Assembly: GCA_038240665.1 (NCBI GenBank)
Contig: JBBRGN010000001.1
Location: 1,341-65,340, forward strand
From: Chitinophagales bacterium
GTDB taxonomy: Bacteria > Bacteroidota > Bacteroidia > Chitinophagales > Saprospiraceae
Direction of reading: 5' to 3'
DNA: 64,000 nt
Part shown: piece by piece, positions 27,609-38,011 of the stretch
How the letters are laid out: every line of letters starts with the position of its first letter
How positions within the stretch are numbered: position 1 is the first letter of the stretch
The notes under the pieces: model-generated
Database searches by the model: none
Seen by the model: only the letters and a program-made list of their open reading frames with translations
Told to the model about the DNA's origin: nothing
Translations under genes and position numbers: made by a program

Positions 27609-29480
27609 TTGTTAATTTTACTCCTGACAATGATTTTTGTCATTAGAGATCTGTGGCGATGGCCGCGATTGATCGCTATTTCTGATTCATCTCAACTTAC
27701 TGTTTTGGCAACTGAAAATAAGAACAAATTCGACCTCTATATCTTGCGACGCATCATGGGTCAGGCGAAACCATATCAAGTCACCTTGATCGTTTCAGCC
27801 ATATTGGCGGTCCTTTCGGCGCCGCTGGGTACTTTGCGCCCCTATATCGTGCAGGTGATGGTGGATGACAACATTTTCCACATGGATCTAGCTGGATTGG
27901 GCAAGATGGCCATTCTGTTCATCATCGTGTTGTTTGTCCACGCGGCAGTTCAATACTTTTTTCAGTACCTCACCAGCTGGTTGGGGCAGATGGTAGTGCG
28001 CGACATGCGGGTCAATATTTTTCGACACATCACCAGTTTGCGGTTAAGTTATTTTGACAAAACGCCCATAGGAGCCTCCATTACCCGTACCATCAACGAT
28101 ATGGAGACCATCAACAGCGTTTTTTCTCAAGGCATCATCACCATGATCGCCGACGTGCTTACGCTGTTTATGGTATTGGGGATTATGTTTTATACGAGTT
28201 GGAAATTGACGCTGGCCTGTTTAATGACCTTGCCTTTTTTGATTTTAGCGAGTTATGTATTTAAGGAAAAAGTCAAAAAATCCTTTCAAGATGTCCGTAC
28301 CCAGGTGGCCAGGATGAATGCTTTTTTGCAAGAAAGAATCAGTGGAATGCGCATTGTCCAGATTTTTAATGCCGAGCAGCAAGAGATGGGGCGTTTCAAA
28401 AAAATCAACCGGGATTATACCCAAGCCAACTTGGATTCAGTGTTGTATTATGCGGTCTTTTATCCGGTAGTGGAAATCATTTCCGCAGCTTCGCTTGGTT
28501 TGATGGTTTGGTGGGGCGCGCGCGGCGTTATCGAAGAAGAAGTGACGATGGGTGCCCTAGTGGCTTTCCCCATCTATTTGAATATGCTGTTCAATCCGAT
28601 TCGTACTCTAGCAGATAAATTCAACACCCTGCAAATGGGTTTGGTGGCTGCCGAGCGGGTATTTACGCTGCTGGACGATCAATCCTTTGTAGAAAAAAGT
28701 GGCAACCAAGAACCCTCAAATGCCGAAGGTTCAGTTGATTTTGAACACGTTTCTTTTGGGTACAACGATGAAGATTACGTATTAAAAGATGTTAACTTTC
28801 ACATCAATCCAGGCGAAACCCTAGCAATAGTAGGCGCTACTGGTTCTGGAAAAACGACAATCATCAGTCTTTTGAATCGTTTTTACGAAATACAGGAAGG
28901 CGCTATAAAAGTAGACAACCTGGATATTCGCCAATATGATTTGCTGGCATTGCGCCGCCGTATTGCCTTGGTTTTACAGGATGTATTTCTTTTTTCAGGA
29001 ACGGTATTGGAAAACATCACCCTTCGCGATTCTTCCATTAGCCGGGAAACCGTGATTCAGGCATCTAAGATGATTGGAGCCCACGCGTTCATTGAAAAAC
29101 TTCCCGGAGGCTATGATTACCAAGTGATGGAGCGAGGCGCTACATTATCAATGGGACAGCGACAGTTGATTTCATTTGTACGAGCGCTGGTGTTTAATCC
29201 TGATATTCTTATTTTGGATGAAGCTACTTCCTCAATTGATCCAGAGTCAGAATCGGTGATTCAATTTGCCATTGAAACCTTGATCGCTAAACGCACTTCC
29301 ATCATCATTGCGCACCGATTGTCCACCATCCGCCATGCTGACAATATATTGCTGATGCACAAAGGTCAGGTTGCTGAATATGGATCACACGAAGCCTTGA
29401 TGCAAATCGAAAATGGTCGATACAAGCAATTGTACGAGATGCAGTTTTTGGTAGCGGGTCCAAGTTTGGCGGTATCTTAA
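27609..29480 (+). CDS. ABC exporter, fused TMD/NBD (MsbA/MdlB-like); true start may be TTG 27705
   Basis: 6 TM helices; GATGSGKT, LSMGQRQ, ILDEATSS, IAHRLST. Confidence 0.93.
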   Translation: MLILLLTMIFVIRDLWRWPRLIAISDSSQLTVLATENKNKFDLYILRRIMGQAKPYQVTLIVSAILAVLSAPLGTLRPYIVQVMVDDNIFHMDLAGLGKMAILFIIVLFVHAAVQYFFQYLTSWLGQMVVRDMRVNIFRHITSLRLSYFDKTPIGASITRTINDMETINSVFSQGIITMIADVLTLFMVLGIMFYTSWKLTLACLMTLPFLILASYVFKEKVKKSFQDVRTQVARMNAFLQERISGMRIVQIFNAEQQEMGRFKKINRDYTQANLDSVLYYAVFYPVVEIISAASLGLMVWWGARGVIEEEVTMGALVAFPIYLNMLFNPIRTLADKFNTLQMGLVAAERVFTLLDDQSFVEKSGNQEPSNAEGSVDFEHVSFGYNDEDYVLKDVNFHINPGETLAIVGATGSGKTTIISLLNRFYEIQEGAIKVDNLDIRQYDLLALRRRIALVLQDVFLFSGTVLENITLRDSSISRETVIQASKMIGAHAFIEKLPGGYDYQVMERGATLSMGQRQLISFVRALVFNPDILILDEATSSIDPESESVIQFAIETLIAKRTSIIIAHRLSTIRHADNILLMHKGQVAEYGSHEALMQIENGRYKQLYEMQFLVAGPSLAVS

Positions 29481-29504
29481 AAACAGCGTTGTCGAAACGG
29501 GTAC

Positions 29505-30116
29505 TTACATCCCTTTCCATTTCCACAAATAGCGGGAAGCATGCGATCGATATGGGCGCCAAGGTTCGGCAATCTCGGTCATTCGAGCCCGCAAAGGTTT
29601 GCCTTTGAGTTCATCGCCGATTTCGTAGAGTCGAATGATGGCCTGTTGGATGCCCAAATCATCTATGGGAAAAACATCGGGGAAGTGCAAGGAAAACATC
29701 AGGATCATCTCCACCGTCCAACGACCTACCCCTTTGATTTGGGTAAGCAACTGCACGATTTCCTCTTCGTTGTGCTGCTGCCAGTTGTAATTCATTAAAT
29801 TATTTTCCAGAAAAAAAGTGGCGGTATTGCGCAGATACTGGGACTTTTGACCGGATAAGCCTACCTGGCGAAGCTTTTCAAGCGGAATTTCCAGCAAACG
29901 ATTTGGCTCAGGATACCCGTCTTCAAAAAGATCGAGAAATCTTTGGTGAATGGTAGCTGCGGCTTTTACCGACAACTGCTGCGAGGTAATAGAATCCAGC
30001 AAGGTAGTATATACGTCCGTTTGCTGAACCGGCCATTCTGGTAGGTCAATCGCTGTCAAAAGGGGAGCCAATTTGGCATCTTGAGCCAAATGGAGCATCA
30101 TGTAGGTGTTATCCAT
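29505..30116 (-). CDS. DNA-3-methyladenine glycosylase 2 family (AlkA-like HhH-GPD)
   Basis: SITSQQLSVKAA, GLSGQK, IKGVGRWT, FPIDDLG, WRPYRS. Confidence 0.93.
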   Translation of the reverse strand: MDNTYMMLHLAQDAKLAPLLTAIDLPEWPVQQTDVYTTLLDSITSQQLSVKAAATIHQRFLDLFEDGYPEPNRLLEIPLEKLRQVGLSGQKSQYLRNTATFFLENNLMNYNWQQHNEEEIVQLLTQIKGVGRWTVEMILMFSLHFPDVFPIDDLGIQQAIIRLYEIGDELKGKPLRARMTEIAEPWRPYRSHASRYLWKWKGM

Positions 30117-30134
30117 GGGTTGCGGTAAAGTGGC

Positions 30135-30596
30135 TTAAATAGCTACCGATATTTTTTGGGGTTGAAAACGCAATTCGAGAAACTGATCCTGAAAACCCAT
30201 TTTTTTTGCAGTGGCCAGTGCAGGGTGATTCGATCTCACGGAGAAGGAAATATCGCCATCAGTATACAAAACCGCGCGATTGATGAGTTCTTGCCAAATC
30301 GTTTCTTCGCTGAGGTAAGGAGCACCGACTTCGGCCAGGAGCAATATATTTTCTGAGCGGATGCCTTCCATGCCCGTTTTGTTGACAACCACCGCGCCGA
30401 TGATGCGCTCGCTTTCCATCATCACAAAGATAAATCCTCCAAATGAGGGGCGGTTTTTCAAGGCATAATCCACCGTTTGGAGAATAGCCGAAGTACTCGT
30501 GTCTTTGGCGTTGTTCGCAAAAAAATACAACAATGCCGACTTCTCGGCTGGGTTAATCCCGGTAAAGGCATTAAAAACATGTACACTGCGTTCCAT
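30135..30596 (-). CDS. GNAT-fold-like hypothetical protein
   Basis: SFGGF...IIGAVVVNKTGMEG..ENIL, GDI, N.PA...KKMGF; lacks a canonical RxxGxG motif. Confidence 0.6.
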   Translation of the reverse strand: MERSVHVFNAFTGINPAEKSALLYFFANNAKDTSTSAILQTVDYALKNRPSFGGFIFVMMESERIIGAVVVNKTGMEGIRSENILLLAEVGAPYLSEETIWQELINRAVLYTDGDISFSVRSNHPALATAKKMGFQDQFLELRFQPQKISVAI

Positions 30597-30752
30597 TGTC
30601 GTCCGTTGATTAGTAGAGTTTATATTTCAGAAGCCCTGAAGACAAACTCCGATACATAGATAAATCTGCTCTCAAAAAGTTATGTGCAAGGGACGGGTGT
30701 GAAACTAAAAATATGGAGGTAGAAAGCTGTAGATGTCTAATCGGTTCTAGCA

Positions 30753-30800
30753 TTAATTCAGTATTTATTTTTTTTTCACAAAAAATAAATACTGAATTAA
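30753..30800. repeat. Perfect 21-bp AT-rich inverted repeat in a divergent intergenic region
   Basis: TTAATTCAGTATTTATTTTTT-6 nt-AAAAAATAAATACTGAATTAA. Confidence 0.85.
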
Positions 30801-30930
30801 GTACTAACTTTTAATTCTGTCCTCAAATTACCATATTGCTAGATAATGACAAAACATTTCTCCTTATTTGTTCATTTCCAACACGTATTAATATTCAGTT
30901 AACGTTATTCGAAAAAATATTGTGTCTGCT

Positions 30931-32709
30931 ATGAAGCGAAAATATACCTGGATTAGGCTTTTTGGAACATTACTCGTGTTGTTTGTCGTCGACCTGGCAA
31001 ATGGACAATCGGTCTATCACCCTAAGATTGACAATGACCTTTGGCGCGCACTTAATGAAAAAGGACAGGTCGAAGCCATCATTTTGATGAGCGAACAAGC
31101 GGATCTTAGTTTTGCCCTTAATCTGCCAACCAAGGAGGAGAAAGGTCAATACGTTTTCCAGCGACTGAATGAAATAGCCGATCGCACGCAAGGCGCTGTT
31201 TTGCAATTGCTCCAACGCCAGAAATTGCAAGCTATCCCTCTGTACATCGTCAATGCCATTTACTTGCCTGTCCTGGATCGTGCTACCGCGCTTCTCTTGG
31301 CTGAGCAAAAAAACGTAGCCATCATGATGCCCAATCCGCAAGTGTTCAATGAATTACCGCGGGGGGAAGCAGAGCAGGCCACCCTACGCCGAGCAGGCGT
31401 GGAATGGGGCGTAGCAAAAATCCAAGCGCCCCAAGTTTGGGCGTTGGGCTTTACGGGTCAGGGAGTAATCATTGGCGGTCAAGACACGGGCTATAATTGG
31501 GATCACCCGGCCATAGCCAACAAATACCGCGGTTTTAAACCCAATGAACCAGCGGCCCACAATTACAATTGGTACGATGCCATCAGCAAATCTAGTCCAC
31601 TAAACTCCGACACCATCAACCCCTGTGGCTATCGCAGCAATGTCCCCTGCGACGACAACAGCCACGGCACGCACACCATGGGCACCATGGTAGGCGATGA
31701 TGGACAAGGCAACCAAATCGGGGTTGCTCCCAACGCCAAGTGGATCGGTTGTCGGAATATGGATCGTGGCTGGGGCGCTCCCAATACTTACCTAAGCTGT
31801 TTTCAATGGTTTTTAGCCCCCACTGGGCTGGATGGAAAAGGCGCTAATCCGAAATTAGCACCGCATGTGATCAATAATTCCTGGGGCTGCCCGGCTCAAG
31901 AAGGCTGCAACAGCAACAATTTCAACTTGATGGAAACGGCAGTCAATAATTTAAAAAAAGCGGGAATTGTGGTGGTGGTTTCGGCAGGTAACGCTGGAAG
32001 CCAATGCAATACCATTAATGATGTACCCGCTGAAATTCCCAGCAGTTTTTCCATAGGTGCCACGCAGATCAGTGACACCATTGCCAGCTTTAGTTCGCGC
32101 GGCGGAGGTACTTGGAATGGAAAAAAAGTGCTCAAACCAGAAGTATCCGCTCCTGGCGTTAACGTGCGCTCCTCTATCCCTGGTGGTCGCTACGCCAGCT
32201 ATAGCGGAACCAGCATGGCGGGCCCGCATACCGTAGGCGCGGTGGCCTTGATGATTTCTGCGAATCCAAGATTGGCCGGACAAGTGGATCTAATTGAATC
32301 GATCCTGGAACGTACCGCTGTACCCATCAAGTCTACTCAAAAATGTGGCGGCATACGTGGCGATTCGATCCCAAACACAGTGTATGGCTACGGACGCATC
32401 AACGCCCTGGCCGCAGTTAAAGAAGCCATGCGCCTCACCAGCCTGCCTGAAGTGAGCGATGATAAATTATTGATGCGGGTTTACCCTAACCCCGCGAATG
32501 AGCAATTTTTGATCGAAGTTGCTGATTTACCCAGCAACGGATCCTTAGAGCTTTTTGATCTTACCGGACAATTGCTCAACCGCCAAGCGATCGGTTCGGG
32601 TCGCAATCAAATTTTGGAGGTCAAAATTGGTGATCTTCCCAGGGGCATGTACCTCTACAGACTACAATCTGGAGGAAAAACTGGCGCTGGAAAAATAATC
32701 AAGGAGTAG
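30931..32709 (+). CDS. S8 family serine peptidase (bacillopeptidase F-like) with T9SS C-terminal sorting domain
   Basis: Triad DTG / HGTHTMG / GTSMAGP; C-terminal VYPNP...GMYLYRL...KIIKE. Confidence 0.95.
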   Translation: MKRKYTWIRLFGTLLVLFVVDLANGQSVYHPKIDNDLWRALNEKGQVEAIILMSEQADLSFALNLPTKEEKGQYVFQRLNEIADRTQGAVLQLLQRQKLQAIPLYIVNAIYLPVLDRATALLLAEQKNVAIMMPNPQVFNELPRGEAEQATLRRAGVEWGVAKIQAPQVWALGFTGQGVIIGGQDTGYNWDHPAIANKYRGFKPNEPAAHNYNWYDAISKSSPLNSDTINPCGYRSNVPCDDNSHGTHTMGTMVGDDGQGNQIGVAPNAKWIGCRNMDRGWGAPNTYLSCFQWFLAPTGLDGKGANPKLAPHVINNSWGCPAQEGCNSNNFNLMETAVNNLKKAGIVVVVSAGNAGSQCNTINDVPAEIPSSFSIGATQISDTIASFSSRGGGTWNGKKVLKPEVSAPGVNVRSSIPGGRYASYSGTSMAGPHTVGAVALMISANPRLAGQVDLIESILERTAVPIKSTQKCGGIRGDSIPNTVYGYGRINALAAVKEAMRLTSLPEVSDDKLLMRVYPNPANEQFLIEVADLPSNGSLELFDLTGQLLNRQAIGSGRNQILEVKIGDLPRGMYLYRLQSGGKTGAGKIIKE

Positions 32710-32739
32710 TTTTTTCAAACATCCTCTAAAAAAGAATCG

Positions 32740-32747
32740 TACTTTTG
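32740..32747 (+). promoter_or_regulatory. -7 promoter element for trhO
   Basis: TACTTTTG about 120 nt upstream of ATG 32867. Confidence 0.5.
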
Positions 32748-32866
32748 CTGCTTCGCGTACAGTTAGCAGTTCGTGGCGCTTTTTTGAGCACCAGCAAGCC
32801 TGCAACTTGCCATCTGAGCCGGTGTAAAACCAGGCTGGCATTTTGTTAACGTACCCAATCTATTTT

Positions 32867-33913
32867 ATGAAACGATTGTACAATCGCGTCAACAACCGCG
32901 AATTGAAGGTGCGTTTGGCTAACTTAAACGAGCAACGTACCACCCTTTCTTTTTACCAATACCACCAAATAGCTGATCCGGAGATTTTCCGGGATCAATT
33001 GTTTTTCGATCTTAACAAACATGGCGTATTGGGCAGGATCTATGTAGCGCATGAAGGAATCAATGGGCAAATATCCGTACCTACGGATCGTTTTGAAGCG
33101 TTCAAGACTCAATTGTTTAGCATTCCCTGGCTCAATGGTATTCGGCTCAACATCGCAAGGGAAGACGATGGTAAATCCTTTTTTAAACTCGCCATCAAAG
33201 TGCGGGAAAAAATAGTTGCCGATGATTTGGATGATGCTTCTTTTGATGTCACCAAACGTGGAAAACACCTCAGTGCCCGGGAAGTCAACACGCTTTTAGC
33301 TGCTGCTGACACGCTGGTGGTCGATATGCGCAACCATTACGAAAGCGAAGTGGGGTATTTTAAAGGCGCTATTCGCCCCGATGTCGTAACTTTTCGCGAA
33401 GAGCTGCCGTTGGTAGAAGAGCTGCTGCAACCTTACAAAGAGCGCAACATCGTGATGTACTGTACTGGCGGTATTCGCTGTGAAAAGGCCAGCGCTTATT
33501 ACCTCCACAAGGGGTTTCAAAACGTATTTATGGTGGATGGTGGTATCATCGAATATTCCCGTCAATGTGCAGAACAAGGACTTCCTAATCAATTCCTGGG
33601 CAAAAATTTTGTTTTTGATGAGCGATTAGGTGAACGCATTTCGGAAGATGTGGTTGCCCACTGTCATCAATGCGGAAAACCCTGTGACACGCACAAAAAC
33701 TGTCTCAACGATGCTTGCCATTTGTTGTTCATCCAGTGTGGGGAGTGTGCTGAAAAACACCAACAATGCTGCTCGCAGAAATGTGCTGATTTTGTACAAC
33801 TACCTGCTGAAGAACGAGAGGAGCAGCGCGAAAAAATGGCGTTCAACGGCAATAAGTTTAGCAAAGGTCGATACAAAGCCCAAAGACGAGGCGACGAGCT
33901 GAATCTAGGTTAA
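32867..33913 (+). CDS. trhO: Rhodanese-related tRNA uridine(34) hydroxylase TrhO (YceA)
   Basis: [53 protein letters not shown], Cys-rich C-terminus. Confidence 0.92.
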   Translation: MKRLYNRVNNRELKVRLANLNEQRTTLSFYQYHQIADPEIFRDQLFFDLNKHGVLGRIYVAHEGINGQISVPTDRFEAFKTQLFSIPWLNGIRLNIAREDDGKSFFKLAIKVREKIVADDLDDASFDVTKRGKHLSAREVNTLLAAADTLVVDMRNHYESEVGYFKGAIRPDVVTFREELPLVEELLQPYKERNIVMYCTGGIRCEKASAYYLHKGFQNVFMVDGGIIEYSRQCAEQGLPNQFLGKNFVFDERLGERISEDVVAHCHQCGKPCDTHKNCLNDACHLLFIQCGECAEKHQQCCSQKCADFVQLPAEEREEQREKMAFNGNKFSKGRYKAQRRGDELNLG

Positions 33914-34012
33914 AGAACAATAACGAAATATAGTAAACTTTTGGCTGCCTATTTTTTTGACAATAAGCTATATCCTAAGGAATAAGCCAATACCCAAACA
34001 TACACACCCGAC

Positions 34013-35287
34013 ATGAACTGGAAAGAACGGATCTTACTTATCCTCCTTGCTGCGTTGAACTTCACGCACATTTTAGATTTCATGATTATGATGCCGCTGG
34101 GCAATTATCTGATGCCTTATTTCAAGATCAACCCACAGCAATTCACCCTTCTGGTATCTGCCTACACCATTAGCGCGGCAGTTTCAGGATTTACTGCTGC
34201 TTTTTACGTAGATGGTTTTGATCGCAAAAAAGTATTACTGGCGGCCTATTCGGGGTTTTTATTGGGAACCATTGGCTGTGGTTTAGCGCCCACCTTTTAC
34301 CTATTGTTGTTTGCGCGTACCTTTGCGGGGATATTTGGCGGCTTGATTGGTGCTCAGGTTTTGGCCATTATTGCCGATAGCTTTCCTTATGAGCGTCGGG
34401 GTGCAGCAATGGGGGCGATCATGTCAGCTTTTGCCATAGCTTCTACCTTTGGGGTGCCCTTTGCGCTTTATTTGGCTAATTTATTCTCTTGGCATGCGCC
34501 TTTTTTGCTGGTTGGTACCCTGGGCCTGCTTTTAATCCCCATGATTGTCTTGTATTTACCGCCGATGACTGGTCACCTGATCAACGAAAATGCGGAACAC
34601 CGAAAGCGCTGGACCATCATCACCGATATTTTAAAAGAGAAAACGCAATACACGGCTTTGATTTTTAGTGGCTTGATCATGTTTGGTCATTTTTTAATCA
34701 TCCCATTCATCAATCCGTTTATGGAGTTCAATATTGGTTTTTCAAAAAACATTACCCCGCTGATTTACCTCGTTGGGGGTGTTTCTGCCTTTTTTTCTTC
34801 TAATATTTTGGGGCCGCTATCCGACCGCTATGGTAAATTGTCAATTTTTATGATTTGCACCTTTTCAGCGCTCCCCATGATTTTTCTGGTTACCAATTTA
34901 CCTCATGGTATCCACTACATTCCTGTGCTTATTCTTTTTGGACTTTGGTTTACCGTGGCTACCGGAAGGGGTGTTACCGCTGGCGCTATGGTAACCAGCA
35001 TAGTAAGTCCAGCTCACCGGGGCAGCTTTCAGAGCTTCAACAGCAGTTTGCAACAGCTGGGAACAGGGATGGCTTCTTTGGTTACCGGGTTTATCGTGAT
35101 CAAAGATCCCACCAGCGGGCGACTGTTGCATTACGATTGGGTAGGCTATCTAAGCATAGCTGTTCTTATGGTTTGCATCTACATAGCCTACCAAAATTTC
35201 AGCTATTTGGATAAGCAAAAAAAAGAGGAATTACGGGTGAAAAAAATCGAGGGAATCCCAAGTCACGATCTATCACAAACCCCATAA
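34013..35287 (+). CDS. MFS transporter
   Basis: 12 TM; FTHILDFMIMMPLG, DGFDRK, ERRGAAMG, LSDRYGK. Confidence 0.92.
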   Translation: MNWKERILLILLAALNFTHILDFMIMMPLGNYLMPYFKINPQQFTLLVSAYTISAAVSGFTAAFYVDGFDRKKVLLAAYSGFLLGTIGCGLAPTFYLLLFARTFAGIFGGLIGAQVLAIIADSFPYERRGAAMGAIMSAFAIASTFGVPFALYLANLFSWHAPFLLVGTLGLLLIPMIVLYLPPMTGHLINENAEHRKRWTIITDILKEKTQYTALIFSGLIMFGHFLIIPFINPFMEFNIGFSKNITPLIYLVGGVSAFFSSNILGPLSDRYGKLSIFMICTFSALPMIFLVTNLPHGIHYIPVLILFGLWFTVATGRGVTAGAMVTSIVSPAHRGSFQSFNSSLQQLGTGMASLVTGFIVIKDPTSGRLLHYDWVGYLSIAVLMVCIYIAYQNFSYLDKQKKEELRVKKIEGIPSHDLSQTP

Positions 35288-35320
35288 AGAATTAACCTGG
35301 TATCCAATATTGCTAAGTCG

Positions 35321-36325
35321 CTATTGGTATTTTAAAAATGTCCCGATTACCTGAACCAATCCGTTGGTAGCCACAAAATCAGGCTTTAAAATTGGTGATG
35401 GTGTAGATCCAACCGCGTCTTTGATGCTGATGTTTTTGCCATTCACCTGCATCGTGATGGTTTTGCCCTGAAGGGTTTTGAACACTTTCCCATTGATGAA
35501 ATGATTGGAAAAACGGCGTGCTTTAATGATGTGGTAGCTCAACTGTTTGGCTAGGGAATCTTTGGGTACAGCATCCAAATTGGCTAAAGTAATACCGGCA
35601 TTGGTAAAAGCCTGATCCGAAGGTGCAAAAACAGTAAGCGGACCACTGCCTGCCAAACGCCCTGCCAAATTTCCGCCAACTTTTTTCAGCGCTGCTGAAA
35701 AAATAGTTAGCTGGGGATTTTTCGCTATTGTTTTGGACAAATTAGCAGTAGCCGGCGATAAAAATCTGTCGATTTTATGAACCACGCCATTTTGAGCATC
35801 AATATTTGCACTTACTATCCGCGCTCCATTGAGGTAAATATCTTGCCCCGGATTGCTGATGTAGAGCGTGCTGTTGATCACCAATATACTGGATTGAGTA
35901 GTGTCTAAATTTGCCAATTTGGAAGTATCTGAAAGGACACGCAGGATCAAAGGGGTATCAATTTTTGTGCGGGGGAACAATTCAGTTGCTATTTTCGTGC
36001 CCAGGATATGATACCGCAAAAGAGTAGCAATGGAATCAACAGAGTTAGATAGGATAGCTGCTGTATCCTTAAACCCCGCAGCATGAAAAGCCGAATCAGT
36101 AGGCGCAAAAAAAGTCAAATTACCGGCCTTCAAGGTTCCGGTCAATCCTACGTACCGAATAGCCGCACTGAGCATCCGAAACTGAGGGTCGCCATTGATG
36201 ACCTCGTAAATCGTATTTCCCCCACTTATCACATCTTTTTGGCAAGTTGTAAATAAAAAAAATGCGCCTAGTAACGCTAAAAAAACATAACGACGTGCTG
36301 AAAAGCGGAAATTAGAACTGTTCAT
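35321..36325 (-). CDS. Fasciclin (FAS1) domain lipoprotein, two domains
   Basis: Lipobox FTTC; TFFAPTDSAF...YHI...NGVVHKID and TVFAPSDQAF...YHI...NGLVQVI. Confidence 0.9.
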   Translation of the reverse strand: MNSSNFRFSARRYVFLALLGAFFLFTTCQKDVISGGNTIYEVINGDPQFRMLSAAIRYVGLTGTLKAGNLTFFAPTDSAFHAAGFKDTAAILSNSVDSIATLLRYHILGTKIATELFPRTKIDTPLILRVLSDTSKLANLDTTQSSILVINSTLYISNPGQDIYLNGARIVSANIDAQNGVVHKIDRFLSPATANLSKTIAKNPQLTIFSAALKKVGGNLAGRLAGSGPLTVFAPSDQAFTNAGITLANLDAVPKDSLAKQLSYHIIKARRFSNHFINGKVFKTLQGKTITMQVNGKNISIKDAVGSTPSPILKPDFVATNGLVQVIGTFLKYQ

Positions 36326-36608
36326 GCTATATGGATTGATTTAAACCTGCGGCCAAAATTAGGGAAAACCCCAACATTCTGCCAGAAAAACTTTATGCCT
36401 TGGGGTCTTGATTAGATCCCCAAGAATTAGCAACTTGGCGAAATATACATTGTTGTTGAACGTTATTTTTTTTAACACTTGACGCATGCCAACCATTATA
36501 CTTGGGAACAAATAATGAAGCATTTTTTGTAAGCCGAGATAATTTGGAGTAGCATGGTCTTTTTTCCATTCAGCGTTACCTATTAAACTCTTTAAAATTA
36601 AAACGACC

Positions 36609-37214
36609 ATGTTAAAGCCCTACTTTGATCCCCGTCTTACTGAAGCGGGCTGCGATGAAGCAGGTCGTGGATGTTTGGCAGGACCAGTGTTCGCTGCGGC
36701 CGTCATTCTACCTAAATCTTTTCGGCACCCCCTCATCAATGATTCTAAACAACTTTCGGAACAGCAACGCTTAGAAATGCGCTGCATCATCAAAGAAGCC
36801 GCCATAGCCTGGGGTGTTTCGATGGTGGAACCCGCCGAAATTGATGAAGTCAATATCCTTAATGCTTCTTTTTTGGCCATGCACCGTGCCATTGAACAAC
36901 TCGATCCCCAACCAGAGTTGTTGCTGATTGATGGCAACCGTTTTCGGCCATATCCAAATTTGCCCGCTGAGTGCGTTATCAAAGGCGATGCCACCTATAT
37001 GTCCATAGCAGCGGCCTCTATACTGGCCAAAACTTATCGCGACGAGTACATGCGTCAGCTTGCAATTGGCCACCCTGAGTATGGTTGGATCCAAAACAAA
37101 GGCTATCCTACGCTAGGTCATCGGCGCGCCATTCGCGATCATGGCCCTACCCAGCACCACCGGCGTTCGTTCCGGTTGTTGCCCGAAAGTACCCAGGGTC
37201 GACTTATTACTTAA
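36609..37214 (+). CDS. rnhB: Ribonuclease HII
   Basis: [46 protein letters not shown]. Confidence 0.97.
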   Translation: MLKPYFDPRLTEAGCDEAGRGCLAGPVFAAAVILPKSFRHPLINDSKQLSEQQRLEMRCIIKEAAIAWGVSMVEPAEIDEVNILNASFLAMHRAIEQLDPQPELLLIDGNRFRPYPNLPAECVIKGDATYMSIAAASILAKTYRDEYMRQLAIGHPEYGWIQNKGYPTLGHRRAIRDHGPTQHHRRSFRLLPESTQGRLIT

Positions 37215-37330
37215 AAAATACGTTTATGTGCAATAGCAGCTTTTCAAAAAATAGCCAAACCTGTGTTTTGGCTATTTTTTGGTTTATTTCAGTACTATTG
37301 CTGCCCCTTTTTCGTCAATAAGAATAAAAC

Positions 37331-37879
37331 ATGAGCTACCTGAACATCATCTGCTTTTTTTTGCTGTTTGCAGTTTTTTCTATCCGTCCAGGATACAATT
37401 TAGATTTTGAGTTGATCGATCCACAAACTAAAATCCCCTACGGTTGGGATATCCGCGGAGAACAGATGCCCTCCAAAGGTTACTTTTTTTCCATCGATTC
37501 CAGCACGGTTCAAAGCGGTCGCTACGCTCTCCTTATGACCACGGATCCTGCGGCTAAAGAAAAAACCGATGGCATCTGTACCTATGTGATTAAAGGCCCT
37601 TTTTCGGGAAAATATATTCTGTTATCCGGTTATCTCAAAACCGAGCGCGTGAGTCCCGGCGGTTTTGCTGGGCTATGGGTTCGTGTAGAGGGTGATCATG
37701 GCATGCTCGCTTTTGACAACATGGAAAAACGCCAAATCAACGGTACCAACAATTGGGAAGCGTTTACCACCCGAGTTCCTTTAAGTCCTGATGCCACCCG
37801 CATTTTGATCGGCGGATGGATTCAAGGCAACGGTAAAGCGTGGATCGATAATCTTGGCATAAAATATGGTGAAGAATGA
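37331..37879 (+). CDS. Exported jelly-roll (CBM-like) domain protein
   Basis: Signal peptide; NLDFE..P.GW, SGYLKTE, AGLWVRV, FDNM...GTNNW, GKAWID; resembles N-terminal domains of S41/erythromycin-esterase fusions. Confidence 0.65.
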   Translation: MSYLNIICFFLLFAVFSIRPGYNLDFELIDPQTKIPYGWDIRGEQMPSKGYFFSIDSSTVQSGRYALLMTTDPAAKEKTDGICTYVIKGPFSGKYILLSGYLKTERVSPGGFAGLWVRVEGDHGMLAFDNMEKRQINGTNNWEAFTTRVPLSPDATRILIGGWIQGNGKAWIDNLGIKYGEE

Positions 37880-37938
37880 TTCAACAATAAGATACCCATT
37901 TTGTCTGTTTCTTTTGCTGCCTTATTATCGACTCATTC
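37874..37938. repeat. Dispersed ~65-bp palindromic (MITE-like) repeat
   Basis: Imperfect TIR GAATGATTCAACAATAAG / CTTATTATCGACTCATTC; close homologue at 61471-61540. Confidence 0.75.
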
Positions 37939-38011
37939 CGGAGTGATTTTAGGGCGTCTCTTTACATATTATTTTTTTGTGAATTTTCGTTGAGATAAAA
38001 ATTAATTTCCC

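Noticed and set aside
30610-30753. 47-codon upstream ORF (minus strand) before the GNAT-like gene as a leader peptide
   Set aside because: No biased codon run or attenuator recognised; could be chance
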